A stretch of DNA of 61,646 nucleotides, filler included. It is 5 parts of 5 records of this genome, joined end to end, with 100 filler letters (N's around TTAATTAATTAA, not from the genome) between each part and the next. Parts side by side here need not be neighbours in the genome. Positions count along the whole stretch, not along the records: positions 37,899 to 53,797 come from SRR31156797_5388; positions 53,898 to 61,646 come from SRR31156797_5406; 3 more parts are not named here. One strand, written 5' to 3'. Positions 48,681 to 58,659 of this stretch are shown in pieces. Both the position numbers and the translations under genes were made by a program. Numbering within the stretch: the first letter of the stretch is position 1; every line of letters starts with the position of its first letter. The notes below the pieces were generated by a model, which was not told the DNA's origin, did not search any database, and worked only from the letters and a program-made list of their open reading frames with translations.

Positions 48681-50669
48681 TTATCTTTTAATTAACAATC
48701 TTTTAGTTGATGATTGACCTTTGCTTATGGTTTGTACAACATATAAACCATTTGTTAAACCACTTGTATTTAACCCAAAAAGACGATAATTATTGTTTGG
48801 CTCAGCATCAAAAATTACTTTACCGCTTGCATCAAAAACTCTAACGTAATCAGGTGTTCCATTTTCAAATGAAAGGAATACTTTGTTTTGGGCTGGATTT
48901 GGATATAAATTCCATGTATCATTTTCTATATTTACAATACCTGTTTCTCCTCTTACAGTAACTAATACTGTATCAGGTGTAGACTCTCCAATTCCGTCAG
49001 AAACTTTAAGGTAAAATTCAAGTACAGTCTCCTCCTCTGGTGAAGGAGCAACAAATGAAGGCTCAGCTAAAGTATTATCATCAAAAGCAATATCAGCATC
49101 GGTGTACCAATTATAAGTTAATGGATCCATGTTTGCATCAGATGAAGCTGTTCCATCCAAATATACTGTAGCGCCAGCATCTACAATTTGATCTGTCCCG
49201 GCATTTGCAATAGGTAAAATATTTGTTCCATCCGGAACCTTGTAACTCCAGTAACCTTCAGGTGCTGTAATTGGTCTTACCTGTTCTTTTCCACTATTCG
49301 CAACTGCTTTAATATAGTATTGTACGATAATTGAATCCTTAGAACTAATAGGCATTTGAGCTGACCATAAAGTTGCAGAATCAACACTTTGCTCCATAGG
49401 AATTGAAGTAAAAGTAGCTGTGGTATCAGTTCTGTACATCACCATAGCATTTGATATTCCTATTTTATGCTCCAAATAGGCAGTTACCTCATGATTTAAA
49501 GTAGGTGCACTGGCACTAGTTAATGCCTGATGAGAAATCAATAATGGCTTTCTTGCTCCAAGTTCATGTGTTATACAGTGAATTGCTCCACTAGCAGGTA
49601 TAGTAGCATTGCAATCTATTCCAATTACATTGTAGCCTGGCATAGCATCACGATATATCTGTAAGGCATCGTCATCACTAGCGTGACCATATATTGGAAC
49701 AAGAACTAATTTATTAAATATCAACGAATTAGTATATGTTCGATAGTCACCCCAATCATCAGGATAGTTACCATATGCATCAGGTGGCATAGGAATACGT
49801 ACAACTTTAAATGGGGTTCCAAATACTGTTTGATAATTATTCAATACATATTGCAAGTTAGCTTCAATTTGAGGTCCATCAGCCACACCAGCAGGATACT
49901 CACCTACCAAAAGAGTTTCCTCGTCTAACAGCTTCATATGCATATCAATATGGTGAATTCCATCATAAGGTAAAGTTTCCATTAAAACATACTCATCAAT
50001 ACCCATAAAATCTCTTAGAATATCTTTCACTTCCTGTTCAGTATGTGTAGGGTTCTCCTCAACAATTAATTCAGATGAAAAACCTAGACCAAAACCATCG
50101 CTCATAAAATTTCCTCCTGTTCCGATGAGACGATATGGATTTGTTGTAGTTTCATACATTGGAATATTCATTAGTTCTGACAATGCACCAGGCACGGCAT
50201 CATCATATGGTCTTGGTCGGTTATAAACCCAATCCACAAAAAACAATGAATCAACGTTATTTGAATAAATATTATTTGGACCATAATCTCTGATCCATAC
50301 AGAATTTGATGGTTCATTCACAAATACAACACTATCAGTTGAAATACCTGAGCTAGTTAGAGTAGATGTTACACTTGAACTATTTTGCGTAACTATATAG
50401 ACTTTTCCCTGTTCTACCCCATGTCTTACAATCTCTTTTAATACACTGCTATAAGATTGCCAGGAAATTACAATTCCTTGCATTTCTTCCCATTCTGCAG
50501 CAGAACGAACCGGAAAATCAGGTGGTGTAGTAATTCCTTTAGGTACAATATTCTCCAAATATTGTGGCATCATAGCCTTTTCCTCCTCAGTCATTCTGTG
50601 AGGTAAATTCTGTCCATTTGAAATAACTGAAATGAGTAACAACATAACAGCGAGATAGATAGCTCTCAT
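48681..50669 (-). CDS. T9SS-secreted agmatine/peptidylarginine deiminase family protein
   Basis: AEWE, WIRD, HHID, YTNS and IHCIT motifs; PKD-like domain; YPNP...GLYVV CTD. Confidence 0.88.
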   Translation of the reverse strand: MRAIYLAVMLLLISVISNGQNLPHRMTEEEKAMMPQYLENIVPKGITTPPDFPVRSAAEWEEMQGIVISWQSYSSVLKEIVRHGVEQGKVYIVTQNSSSVTSTLTSSGISTDSVVFVNEPSNSVWIRDYGPNNIYSNNVDSLFFVDWVYNRPRPYDDAVPGALSELMNIPMYETTTNPYRLIGTGGNFMSDGFGLGFSSELIVEENPTHTEQEVKDILRDFMGIDEYVLMETLPYDGIHHIDMHMKLLDEETLLVGEYPAGVADGPQIEANLQYVLNNYQTVFGTPFKVVRIPMPPDAYGNYPDDWGDYRTYTNSLIFNKLVLVPIYGHASDDDALQIYRDAMPGYNVIGIDCNATIPASGAIHCITHELGARKPLLISHQALTSASAPTLNHEVTAYLEHKIGISNAMVMYRTDTTATFTSIPMEQSVDSATLWSAQMPISSKDSIIVQYYIKAVANSGKEQVRPITAPEGYWSYKVPDGTNILPIANAGTDQIVDAGATVYLDGTASSDANMDPLTYNWYTDADIAFDDNTLAEPSFVAPSPEEETVLEFYLKVSDGIGESTPDTVLVTVRGETGIVNIENDTWNLYPNPAQNKVFLSFENGTPDYVRVFDASGKVIFDAEPNNNYRLFGLNTSGLTNGLYVVQTISKGQSSTKRLLIKR

Positions 50670-50727
50670 AAGTAAGTAGTTTTAGTTAAAATAATATTAT
50701 CGTGAAATAACCAAAAAAAAATGAAGT

Positions 50728-50850
50728 TGACAAATTGTAACTAATACTTAAAAAGAATTAGACAGCATGACAGCATTTTGGTGTGCAACATCAATTAATA
50801 ATGGGCTTTCTGACAAGTTGACAAGTAAATAGATTTGGCAGGGCTTTTGA
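50728..50850 (+). promoter_or_regulatory. Putative sigma54-type promoter with three upstream TGACA-N3-TG(A/T)CA-like sites
   Basis: TGGCAG-GGCTT-TTGA at 50836-50850; sites at 50728, 50760 and 50811. Confidence 0.55.
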
Positions 50851-50881
50851 TTAAAAAGCATGAAGTTAAAAATTGACGAAC

Positions 50882-51553
50882 ATGGTGAAAAAAGCAAATC
50901 AAGAAGATAAAGAAAAACAGACTCAGGAAACCAAGCAGTCTGTTGACGCCAAAACTGAGCAAAAAACTGAGAATAAAGAGGCTGGTAAAGAGAATCAAGA
51001 AAAGCCTGAAGATAAAATAGAAGCTGAAAAGGAAGAAAAACCATCAGCAAAAAAGACCAAAAAGAAGTCAACAAAAAAGGAAAAGAAAAAAGACCCTAAA
51101 GACGAAAAGATACAAGAACTTGGAGAGCAGGTTGAAAAGCTAAACGACAGATATTTGAGACTTCAGGCTGAATTTGACAATTATCGCAAACGCACAATTA
51201 AAGAGCGTGCTGACCTGCTTAAATCAGCCAGTGAAGATGTTCTCATTAGCCTATTGACTGTTGTGGATGATATGGATCGCGCTATGGACAACGTTGATAA
51301 GGCTGAAGATATTGAAGCTGTAAAAACCGGTATGAACCTAATAGATCAAAAATTCAAAGATTTTATAAAACAAAAAGGTGTAACTGAAATCGAAGCACTA
51401 CATCAGGAATTTGATACTGATTTGCATGAAGCAGTAACGAAAATCCCTGCTCCTGAGGAAAAACTAAAAGGCAAAATAGTGGATGTAATTCAGAAAGGGT
51501 ACAAGCTTAACGATAAAGTAATTAGATTTGCAAAAGTTGTTATCGGTGAATAA
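50882..51553 (+). CDS. grpE: Nucleotide exchange factor GrpE
   Basis: AEFDNYRKR, FDTDLHEA and QKGY..KVIRFAKV motifs. Confidence 0.97.
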   Translation: MVKKANQEDKEKQTQETKQSVDAKTEQKTENKEAGKENQEKPEDKIEAEKEEKPSAKKTKKKSTKKEKKKDPKDEKIQELGEQVEKLNDRYLRLQAEFDNYRKRTIKERADLLKSASEDVLISLLTVVDDMDRAMDNVDKAEDIEAVKTGMNLIDQKFKDFIKQKGVTEIEALHQEFDTDLHEAVTKIPAPEEKLKGKIVDVIQKGYKLNDKVIRFAKVVIGE

Positions 51554-51577
51554 CAGAAATTAAGAGAAATCATCAAT

Positions 51578-52726
51578 ATGGGTAAAAGAGATTATTACGA
51601 AATATTAGGAGTATCAAAAAGTGCCTCTAAAGAAGAGATTAAAAAAGCCTATCGAAAAATGGCAATTAAATATCACCCGGACAAAAACCCGGATGATAAA
51701 AGTGCTGAGGAAAAATTTAAAGAAGCCGCCGAAGCATACGAGGTACTTAGCGATGACACTAAACGCCAAAGATATGACCAGTTTGGTCATGATGGAGTAA
51801 AAGGAGCCGGTGGATTTGGCGGTGGTGGAATGAGCATGGAAGATATCTTCAGCTCATTTGGTGATATTTTCGGTGACGCATTCGGATTTGGAGGATTTGG
51901 AGGCTTTAGCGGAGGTGGCAGAAGCCGACAGCGTGTTAATAAAGGTTCTAACATCCGAATCAGAGTTAAGCTTGACCTTAAAGAAATGGTCAATGGGGTA
52001 GAGAAAAAAGTCAAGGTTAAAAAATATAAGGAATGTACCACATGTAGTGGATCAGGAGCAAAAAATGGTGCTTTTAGCACTTGTAACACTTGCAACGGAT
52101 CCGGAAGAGTTACCCGTGTATCCAACACATTCCTTGGTCAAATGCAAACAACCGGAGCATGCCCTACATGCGGTGGAGAAGGAAAAGTAATTCAGGAAAA
52201 ATGTACCACTTGCTATGGTGAAGGTGTCGTTCAAGATGAAGAAATAATTAGCATAAAAATTCCGGCTGGTGTTACTGAAGGTATGCAACTTAATGTTAGT
52301 GGGAAAGGTAACGCAGCAAGAAGAGGTGGCATAAATGGAGATTTATTGGTTGTAATTGAAGAAAAAGAAGATCCGGATTTAATTCGTGACGGTAATGACC
52401 TTATTTATAACTTATACATTAGCTTATCTGATGCCATATTAGGAACCACAGCTGAAGTACCAACTGTAGAAGGCAAGGTAAAAATCAAAATTGACACTGG
52501 AACACAATCCGGAAAAATCTTAAGACTTCGCAATAAAGGAATACCACAAGTAAATGGCTACGGCAGAGGCGACATGTTAGTTCAGGTTAACGTGTGGATA
52601 CCTGAAAAAATAAGTCGCGATGAGAAAAAACTAATCGAAAAATTGCAAGCATCTGATAACTTTAAGCCCCAACCAAAAGGTAAAGAGAAAAGTATTTTTG
52701 AGCGAATGAGAGACTATTTTGGTTAG
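51578..52726 (+). CDS. dnaJ: Chaperone DnaJ
   Basis: HPD motif, G/F-rich region and four CxxCxGxG repeats. Confidence 0.98.
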   Translation: MGKRDYYEILGVSKSASKEEIKKAYRKMAIKYHPDKNPDDKSAEEKFKEAAEAYEVLSDDTKRQRYDQFGHDGVKGAGGFGGGGMSMEDIFSSFGDIFGDAFGFGGFGGFSGGGRSRQRVNKGSNIRIRVKLDLKEMVNGVEKKVKVKKYKECTTCSGSGAKNGAFSTCNTCNGSGRVTRVSNTFLGQMQTTGACPTCGGEGKVIQEKCTTCYGEGVVQDEEIISIKIPAGVTEGMQLNVSGKGNAARRGGINGDLLVVIEEKEDPDLIRDGNDLIYNLYISLSDAILGTTAEVPTVEGKVKIKIDTGTQSGKILRLRNKGIPQVNGYGRGDMLVQVNVWIPEKISRDEKKLIEKLQASDNFKPQPKGKEKSIFERMRDYFG

Positions 52727-52780
52727 AAAACAGAAAGCAGAAGACGGAAAACAGAAAGCAGAAGACGAGAAGAGATCAGA
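52725..52780 (+). repeat. Purine-rich heptamer array (left arm)
   Basis: AGAAAAC AGAAAGC AGAAGAC twice (one mismatch), overlapping the dnaJ stop codon. Confidence 0.9.
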
Positions 52781-52815
52781 ATTATAGTTAACAAAACAAG
52801 TCAAAACAGATCAGT

Positions 52816-53181
52816 ATGATAAAATCTATACATGATTTAAAAGTGTATAAGCAATCTCATCATTCTGCAATGAAAGTTTTTAAGATTGCTTCAGTTTTTC
52901 CGAAATCAGAAAATTTTTCTTTAACAGATCAAATCATTAGGTCATCTAGATCAATATCAGCTAATATCCGAGAAGGTTTTGCAAAAAAGAAGTATAAGAA
53001 TATATTTATAAAGCACCTAATTGACGCTCTCGGATCGTCAGAAGAAACGAGAGAATGGTTATTATTTGCTTATGAGTGTGGTTATATTGATAAAGAAACT
53101 CTTTTAGAAACAGATAAAAAATATGATGAAATAAATGCCATGCTCTCCAGTTTAATAAACAAATGGCAAGATTTTCACTAA
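52816..53181 (+). CDS. Four-helix-bundle protein (23S rRNA IVP/bAvd-like family)
   Basis: DLKVY, FPKSE.FSLTDQIIRSSRSISANIREG and ALGSSEET motifs. Confidence 0.92.
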   Translation: MIKSIHDLKVYKQSHHSAMKVFKIASVFPKSENFSLTDQIIRSSRSISANIREGFAKKKYKNIFIKHLIDALGSSEETREWLLFAYECGYIDKETLLETDKKYDEINAMLSSLINKWQDFH

Positions 53182-53183
53182 AA

Positions 53184-53214
53184 TCTGTTTTCTGTTATCT
53201 GACCTCTGTTTTCT
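53184..53214 (+). repeat. Pyrimidine-rich heptamer array (right arm, inverted relative to the left arm)
   Basis: TCTGTTT TCTGTTA TCTGACC TCTGTTT TCT. Confidence 0.88.
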
Positions 53215-53263
53215 TAATTGAAATCCTTAGTAAATATAAGTAATCAACTATTTCATATACAAC

Positions 53264-53298
53264 AAACCCGGCTCGCAAAAAAGCAAGCCGGGTTTTTT
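53264..53298. terminator. Bidirectional intrinsic terminator
   Basis: AAACCCGGCT...AGCCGGGTTT followed by a T run. Confidence 0.85.
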
Positions 53299-53319
53299 AT
53301 TTGAACTGGTATTAAAAAT

Positions 53320-53797
53320 CTATTTATTTTCCATTGCAAAGTTATATCCAGCGTGTAAAGCTTTCATATTCATCTCCACAATTTCTTCGCCTTTTGATCC
53401 AAATATTTGACGTAATCCACTTTCAAGAATAGATAAGTCCATATGTAAAAATGGAGCAGCAGCACCAAGCATAACAATATTTGAACTTCTGCGGGCTTTT
53501 AAATCATTGGCAATCTGATCGGCATCAATAGCTACCACATTTGGTAAGCTTTTGATATATTCCATTAATTTTTCCTCTTCAGGATAATCAGGAATATTCA
53601 CAAATGGTTTCGTATTAGTTACCAAATACCCCTCTTCAGACAAATAATCGACGTAACGCAAAGATTCCATTGGTTCTACAGAAATAATTACATCAGCAGC
53701 TCCCTTTGGGATTAAATCAGAATAAATTGGTTCGTCTGAAATACGTAAATGTGAAACCACAGCACCTCCACGCTGACTCATACCATGAGTTTCAGCT
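53320..53797 (-). CDS. iorB: Indolepyruvate ferredoxin oxidoreductase beta subunit, 5'-truncated by the contig edge
   Basis: AETHGMSQRGGAVVSH, EPMESLR and NIVMLGA motifs. Confidence 0.9.
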
Positions 53798-53897
53798 NNN
53801 NNNNNNNNNNNNNNNNNNNNNNNNNNNNNNNNNNNNNNNNNTTAATTAATTAANNNNNNNNNNNNNNNNNNNNNNNNNNNNNNNNNNNNNNNNNNNN
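53798..53897. other. Artificial contig spacer
   Basis: N-run, TTAATTAATTAA, N-run. Confidence 0.99.
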
Positions 53898-54231
53898 GGC
53901 CGGCCAGCCAGTGAATCACATCTATGATATCCTTTTGCTCCCGGGGTGCATATTCATCCTCAAAAATGCCTTGTGAATCCCCGCATCCTCTCAGATCAAT
54001 GCGGACACAGGCATAGCCGTGGCCGGCCACATAGGGATGACTGATCTCATCCCGGATCAATGTGCCGTCCCGCTTCCTGTAGGGAAGAGCCTCTAGTATG
54101 ACGGGCACAGGATGTTGCTTTGCGTCATCCGGAAGCCACATTCTGGCAGCCAGCCGGGTACCGTCGGAGACCGGAATATAAAAATGATTGACTTCTTTTA
54201 CCCTGTGGGGAAAATCTTGAATAATTTCCAT
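53898..54231 (-). CDS. CocE/NonD (peptidase S15) family hydrolase, N-terminal part
   Basis: DGTRLAARMWLP, LPYRKRD and DLRGCGDSQG motifs; cut by the contig edge. Confidence 0.9.
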
Positions 54232-54240
54232 AAGTTTCGC

Positions 54241-55809
54241 CTAAATTTTTGGAAGTTCCTGGCCGACATCTTTTTTAGAGGCCGCAGCAGAAGTGATAAA
54301 GACCAGTTTGAGCAGGGAAAACATGGCCACGGTGCAGACAATGGCGGCCGGGAAGCCACCCAGATTGGCCAGCATTTTTACCCCTTTGAGACCAGTGTAA
54401 TTTACCATGATAAAAGCGGTGAGACCGATAATGCTGGCCCAGATGATTTTCTGGGGCAGGCTGATGTTGCTTTCCACATTTTCAGAAAAAACACCGCTGG
54501 TGCAGAGGTTGGAAATGGCATCGGTGCTGGAGTCTGCAGCGGTAACATAGTTCAAAAATCCCACTACAAACAGGACGACGATCATAACAGAACTTATGGG
54601 CAGGTGGCGGAAGGTTTCATAAAGAACCGCATCAATGCCGTCTGAATTCAGCAGGGTGTTGAGCGCGCCGTTGGTTACCGTATCCACATCCATGGCCGTA
54701 GTGCCTATAATGGTCATCCACATCATGGAAAAAATTGCCGGCAGAAGAATGATCATGATCATGGATGTGCGCACCGTATACCCTTTGAGAATTCTGCCCA
54801 GAAACAGGCAGGAGATGGGGGCCCAGGAGAACCAGACAGCCCAGTAGAATACAGGCCACCACCCCGGCCATGGATCACTTGCCGCAGCACCGGTGAACAG
54901 GCTGAGGCTGAAAAAATTGTTCAGGTAATAACCAAAGGATTCAATGCCGAAATTCAGAATCAGGACGGTGGGGCCGAAAACAAAGACAAAAATAATGGTT
55001 CCCAACATGATCCAGGTATTGAGTGAGGAGAGCTTGGCAATCCCTTTTTTAAGTCCGGATACCGCAGAGAGGGCAAAGGTCAATACAATGGCAAACATAA
55101 CGGCTCCCAAGGTGGCGCTGCTGTAGTCGGCCAGGGGTGGAAAAATCTGCTTTAAGGCTCCGGCAAGGGTGATGGACCCTGTGCCAAGGGAAGATGCCAT
55201 CCCTGCCACAAGAGAATAAAGGCAAAGCGAGTCAATGAGCTGGCGGATACCCGAATTACTACTGCCCAGGCGGTCTCCCAGAATGGGATAAAAAAGGCTG
55301 GTGACAGAAAACGGCGCCTTATAATTATAAAATACCAGGGCAAAAAGAATGGACGGCACCCCGTAAATGGCATAAGGAGTGATCCCCCATTCTAAAAAAA
55401 TGTTGCCCATGGCAAATAATTTGGCCTGGCCGCTGTTGGGCTCAATGCCCAAAGAGGCCGGCGGGCCGTACAAGTGGTAAAGGGGTTCTGCCGTGGCCCA
55501 GAACAGGGCCCCCACGGCAATGGTGGTGCAAAGGGTGATGGAAAACAACTGCCGCAGGTTGATCAGGGGCAAGGCATCCTGTCCGCCGATTTTAACCTTT
55601 CCCAAAGGGGATACATAAACAATGGCACAGGCGAGTACCATCATCAGACTCATACCTGAAAGAAACCAGGCGAAATTGGCCAGCAACCAGGAATTAATGC
55701 CGGAAACGGTTTTCAAAAATGCATCAAGGTTAACAAAACTGGCCACAATACCGGCGGTCAGAATCAAAAAAGTAGGCAAAAATACAAGCTGTCTTACATT
55801 CTTAAACAT
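54241..55809 (-). CDS. BCCT family transporter
   Basis: About 12 TM helices; EPLYH and WPVFYWAVWFSWAP motifs. Confidence 0.9.
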   Translation of the reverse strand: MFKNVRQLVFLPTFLILTAGIVASFVNLDAFLKTVSGINSWLLANFAWFLSGMSLMMVLACAIVYVSPLGKVKIGGQDALPLINLRQLFSITLCTTIAVGALFWATAEPLYHLYGPPASLGIEPNSGQAKLFAMGNIFLEWGITPYAIYGVPSILFALVFYNYKAPFSVTSLFYPILGDRLGSSNSGIRQLIDSLCLYSLVAGMASSLGTGSITLAGALKQIFPPLADYSSATLGAVMFAIVLTFALSAVSGLKKGIAKLSSLNTWIMLGTIIFVFVFGPTVLILNFGIESFGYYLNNFFSLSLFTGAAASDPWPGWWPVFYWAVWFSWAPISCLFLGRILKGYTVRTSMIMIILLPAIFSMMWMTIIGTTAMDVDTVTNGALNTLLNSDGIDAVLYETFRHLPISSVMIVVLFVVGFLNYVTAADSSTDAISNLCTSGVFSENVESNISLPQKIIWASIIGLTAFIMVNYTGLKGVKMLANLGGFPAAIVCTVAMFSLLKLVFITSAAASKKDVGQELPKI

Positions 55810-55837
55810 CAGAACTCCTCAGGCAAAAATTATGGGG

Positions 55838-56971
55838 TTAAAATATCAGTTTATCTATACGTCTGGGATATCGGGTGATAATATCTGCACCGGTGGCGGT
55901 GATGATGACAGTATCCGAATGCCTGAATCCGCCATGTTCGGGATGGTAAATTCCAGGCTCTATGGAAAACACCATTCCCTCTTCCAAAATCAGGTCATTG
56001 TCAAACCTCAGGTAGGGTTCTTCATGTTCGGATAGCCCTAAACCATGGCCGATCCTGTGGTTGGCGTATAACGCCAGTCCGGCTTTTGCGATCACCGTCC
56101 TCGCAGCCTCATCAACCTTTCGGGCGGGAATTCCCGGCCGGATGGTATCAAGGCCTGCGGCCTGGGCCTCCACTGCAATATTAAACAATTCTTTTTGCTT
56201 TTCACTGGGGGTGCCCACAAAAAAAGTCCGTTCGTTTTCCGCTCTGTATCCCTTGAACCATACCTGGCGGCTATGGATGACAACATCACCCTCTTTGAAT
56301 TTACGGGTATTGGAATCCAGATGGGGCTTGGCCGTCCTGCTGATTCCTGAACAAGTCCAGTTGGCAAAGCCCACATAGGTATCGGGGTATTGATCTGCCG
56401 CATGGCTGAGCAGGATCCGGTCTCCGGCTGAATCAAATTCCATTTCGCTCAGTCCCGGACGAACGGCCTCCAAAGACCCTTTCAATGCAATATCAGACAG
56501 GGCGCCTGCAATATGAAGGTATTGGACTTCCTGCTCGTCCTTGATATACCGCATGCCAAATATTTTGTTTCCGATGTCCTCCACCTTGAAGCCCATGCCC
56601 TTGAGTACGGCTGCAAAATCTGCAGATACGACTGAGGTTTCCACTCCGATACAACTGCCTTTTGCAAGGGCCTTTAAAATGGTTTCCAGGTGATGTTTAT
56701 AACTGATCCCGTGACTGGCCATTTCAGGAATTTCATGGTAGACATGAATCCCGTCAACTTTTGCTTCTTGCGTCGCATGGGCTTCTTCAAGGCCGGGAAC
56801 GATGAGCTCAATCCGGTCTTCCAGCACCACAGTCACAATGGGCCGGGAATAGGTAATGGCCTTAAAACCTGTGATATAGTATTGGTTGTCCGGCTCAAAG
56901 ATTAACCCGGCAACCAGCTTTTTTTCGGCCATGAAGGCCCGAAGCTGGGAAATTCTTTTTTCGGTACCCAT
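55838..56971 (-). CDS. M24 pita-bread-fold hydrolase, creatinase-like
   Basis: Creatinase N-domain; GHGLG and IEPG; atypical YRAENERT and FRHSDT motifs. Confidence 0.85.
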   Translation of the reverse strand: MGTEKRISQLRAFMAEKKLVAGLIFEPDNQYYITGFKAITYSRPIVTVVLEDRIELIVPGLEEAHATQEAKVDGIHVYHEIPEMASHGISYKHHLETILKALAKGSCIGVETSVVSADFAAVLKGMGFKVEDIGNKIFGMRYIKDEQEVQYLHIAGALSDIALKGSLEAVRPGLSEMEFDSAGDRILLSHAADQYPDTYVGFANWTCSGISRTAKPHLDSNTRKFKEGDVVIHSRQVWFKGYRAENERTFFVGTPSEKQKELFNIAVEAQAAGLDTIRPGIPARKVDEAARTVIAKAGLALYANHRIGHGLGLSEHEEPYLRFDNDLILEEGMVFSIEPGIYHPEHGGFRHSDTVIITATGADIITRYPRRIDKLIF

Positions 56972-57066
56972 GCTTTACTCCTTATTTAAAATAATCCGTT
57001 TTGGTAAGGCAGCCCTATCAGCCCACAGATCGATGAGGCTCGTTTTTTTCCATGGTCGATACCATT

Positions 57067-57082
57067 AGCAAAGCCTGTACCA
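57067..57082 (-). promoter_or_regulatory. sigma54 -24/-12 promoter
   Basis: TGGTAC-AGGCT-TTGCT about 95 nt upstream of the M24 gene, next to a GAFTGA activator gene. Confidence 0.8.
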
Positions 57083-57201
57083 TTATATTTGCGAATCGGC
57101 AAAAAGGTGCTGAGCTGCAGATCTGGCAAAGAGAATTAATTTTTTTATTGAAAATAAGGAAAGGATCGAAATTTGAATTTGAAGACTGTTTTCTTTTTTT
57201 T

Positions 57202-57229
57202 AATTCCTGTTTTTTAAAAAACAGGAATT
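57202..57229. promoter_or_regulatory. Perfect 28-bp palindrome, candidate enhancer (UAS)
   Basis: AATTCCTGTTTTTT|AAAAAACAGGAATT, 120-150 bp upstream of the sigma54 site. Confidence 0.6.
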
Positions 57230-57252
57230 GAGTATGACCTGGGGCACGGCCC

Positions 57253-58659
57253 TTATTTCAATCCGTGCTCCCGCAGTAATCCATAGAGTCTGGAAAGGGA
57301 GAGTCCTGCCTTTTGGGCGGCACTTTGCATATCCCCTTTAAATTCAAGGATCAGATGCTCCAGATATTTTTTGTCCTGGGCCTTGCGATGCTTCCGAATA
57401 CTGGTCAAATGACGTTGTTCATTGCCGGTTTGGTCCTGGACAGTGACACAGGCAGGGCTTCTCCGGTCCGGATTGTTTTCCAGGCTTTGGCGCACCGCCA
57501 TGGCCCGGAATTTGGGCGGCAGATGCTGAACAATCAACTGAGCCCGGCCCATGGCCGATGCCGTTGCCCCCTGGAGCACGTGGTTCAACTCCCGGATATT
57601 GCCGGGCCAACTGTGGTTTGCCAATGCCCGGATGAATCCAGGGGACAATTGGGGGACAGGATGGGATATTTTCTCAAGGATATGCCCTGTGAGCAACGGC
57701 AGGTCTTCCATGCGCTCCCTTAAGGGGGGAAGGTGAATGGACATGGCCCTGAGGCGGAAAAGCAGATCCCTCCTGAATTTGCCTTGGGCAGCCAGTTGAT
57801 CCAAGTCCTTGTTTGTGGCGGATATGAGCCTGAAATTACTGGAAATTTCTCTTCCACCGCCCACCGGACTGAAGGATTTTTCCTGAAGCACCCTTAAAAA
57901 AATACGTTGAAGATTCATGGGCAGTTCCCCTACTTCATCCATGAAAAGGGTACTGCCGTCCGAGGCCTGGAACAGGCCCGGCATATCTTTGTCCGCCCCT
58001 GTAAAGGCCCCTTTGACATGACCGAAGAGAACGCTTTCCACCAGGGTTTCGGGAAGGGCCGCGCAATCCACTACAACCATCCGCCTGCCGGCCCGGGCGG
58101 AATTGGCGTGGATAGCCCTGGCAAACAGCTCTTTTCCCGTGCCGGTTTCCCCGGTGATCAGAAGGTTGAAATCATTCATGGCGGCCTGGCCCAGTAAATC
58201 AAGGCTTCGCCGGATGGTTGGGGACTGTCCCACGATGCCGCAGCGGTCTATGGTTTTAAGGGCTCTCAGGGCCATGATGGTCCTATGGTGGTCGATGGCA
58301 CGGGTAATGGTCAGATTGATCTGCTCAAACACCGCGGTTTTGACCAGATAATCCCAAGCCCCGTTATGCACAGCCAGTTCCGCACCGTCCTGATCCCCCT
58401 CTCCGGTAATGATGATGACCTCGGGTGCAAAGGACAGTTGACGGATCCAGGGCAGAATATCCAAACCGTTTCCGTCGGGCAGGCCGACATCTAAAAGCAC
58501 CAGGTCAAAGGAACCATTGGACAATTCTTTTCGGCAGTCACCCAGGCAGTGGCAGATCCTGCTTTGGTGTCCAAGCCGCAGGACCAGATCCTCCAGCATT
58601 TTGCAGAATGCAACATCATCGTCTATGATTAGAATTTCGGCCATATTATTAGATCCCAT
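57253..58659 (-). CDS. NtrC-family sigma54-dependent response regulator
   Basis: Receiver domain, GETGTGKE, GAFTGA, WPGNIREL and a C-terminal HTH. Confidence 0.95.
   Translation of the reverse strand: MGSNNMAEILIIDDDVAFCKMLEDLVLRLGHQSRICHCLGDCRKELSNGSFDLVLLDVGLPDGNGLDILPWIRQLSFAPEVIIITGEGDQDGAELAVHNGAWDYLVKTAVFEQINLTITRAIDHHRTIMALRALKTIDRCGIVGQSPTIRRSLDLLGQAAMNDFNLLITGETGTGKELFARAIHANSARAGRRMVVVDCAALPETLVESVLFGHVKGAFTGADKDMPGLFQASDGSTLFMDEVGELPMNLQRIFLRVLQEKSFSPVGGGREISSNFRLISATNKDLDQLAAQGKFRRDLLFRLRAMSIHLPPLRERMEDLPLLTGHILEKISHPVPQLSPGFIRALANHSWPGNIRELNHVLQGATASAMGRAQLIVQHLPPKFRAMAVRQSLENNPDRRSPACVTVQDQTGNEQRHLTSIRKHRKAQDKKYLEHLILEFKGDMQSAAQKAGLSLSRLYGLLREHGLK

Noticed and set aside
52816-53181. 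Diversity-generating retroelement (Avd-like gene)
   Set aside because: No reverse transcriptase and no template/variable repeat pair is visible in the contig.
19282-53897. Four identical TTAATTAATTAA motifs within N-runs, and apparent gene neighbourhoods across them
   Set aside because: These are artificial contig linkers. Flanking DNA comes from different contigs and phyla, so adjacency across them and ORFs ending ...XLIN are meaningless.
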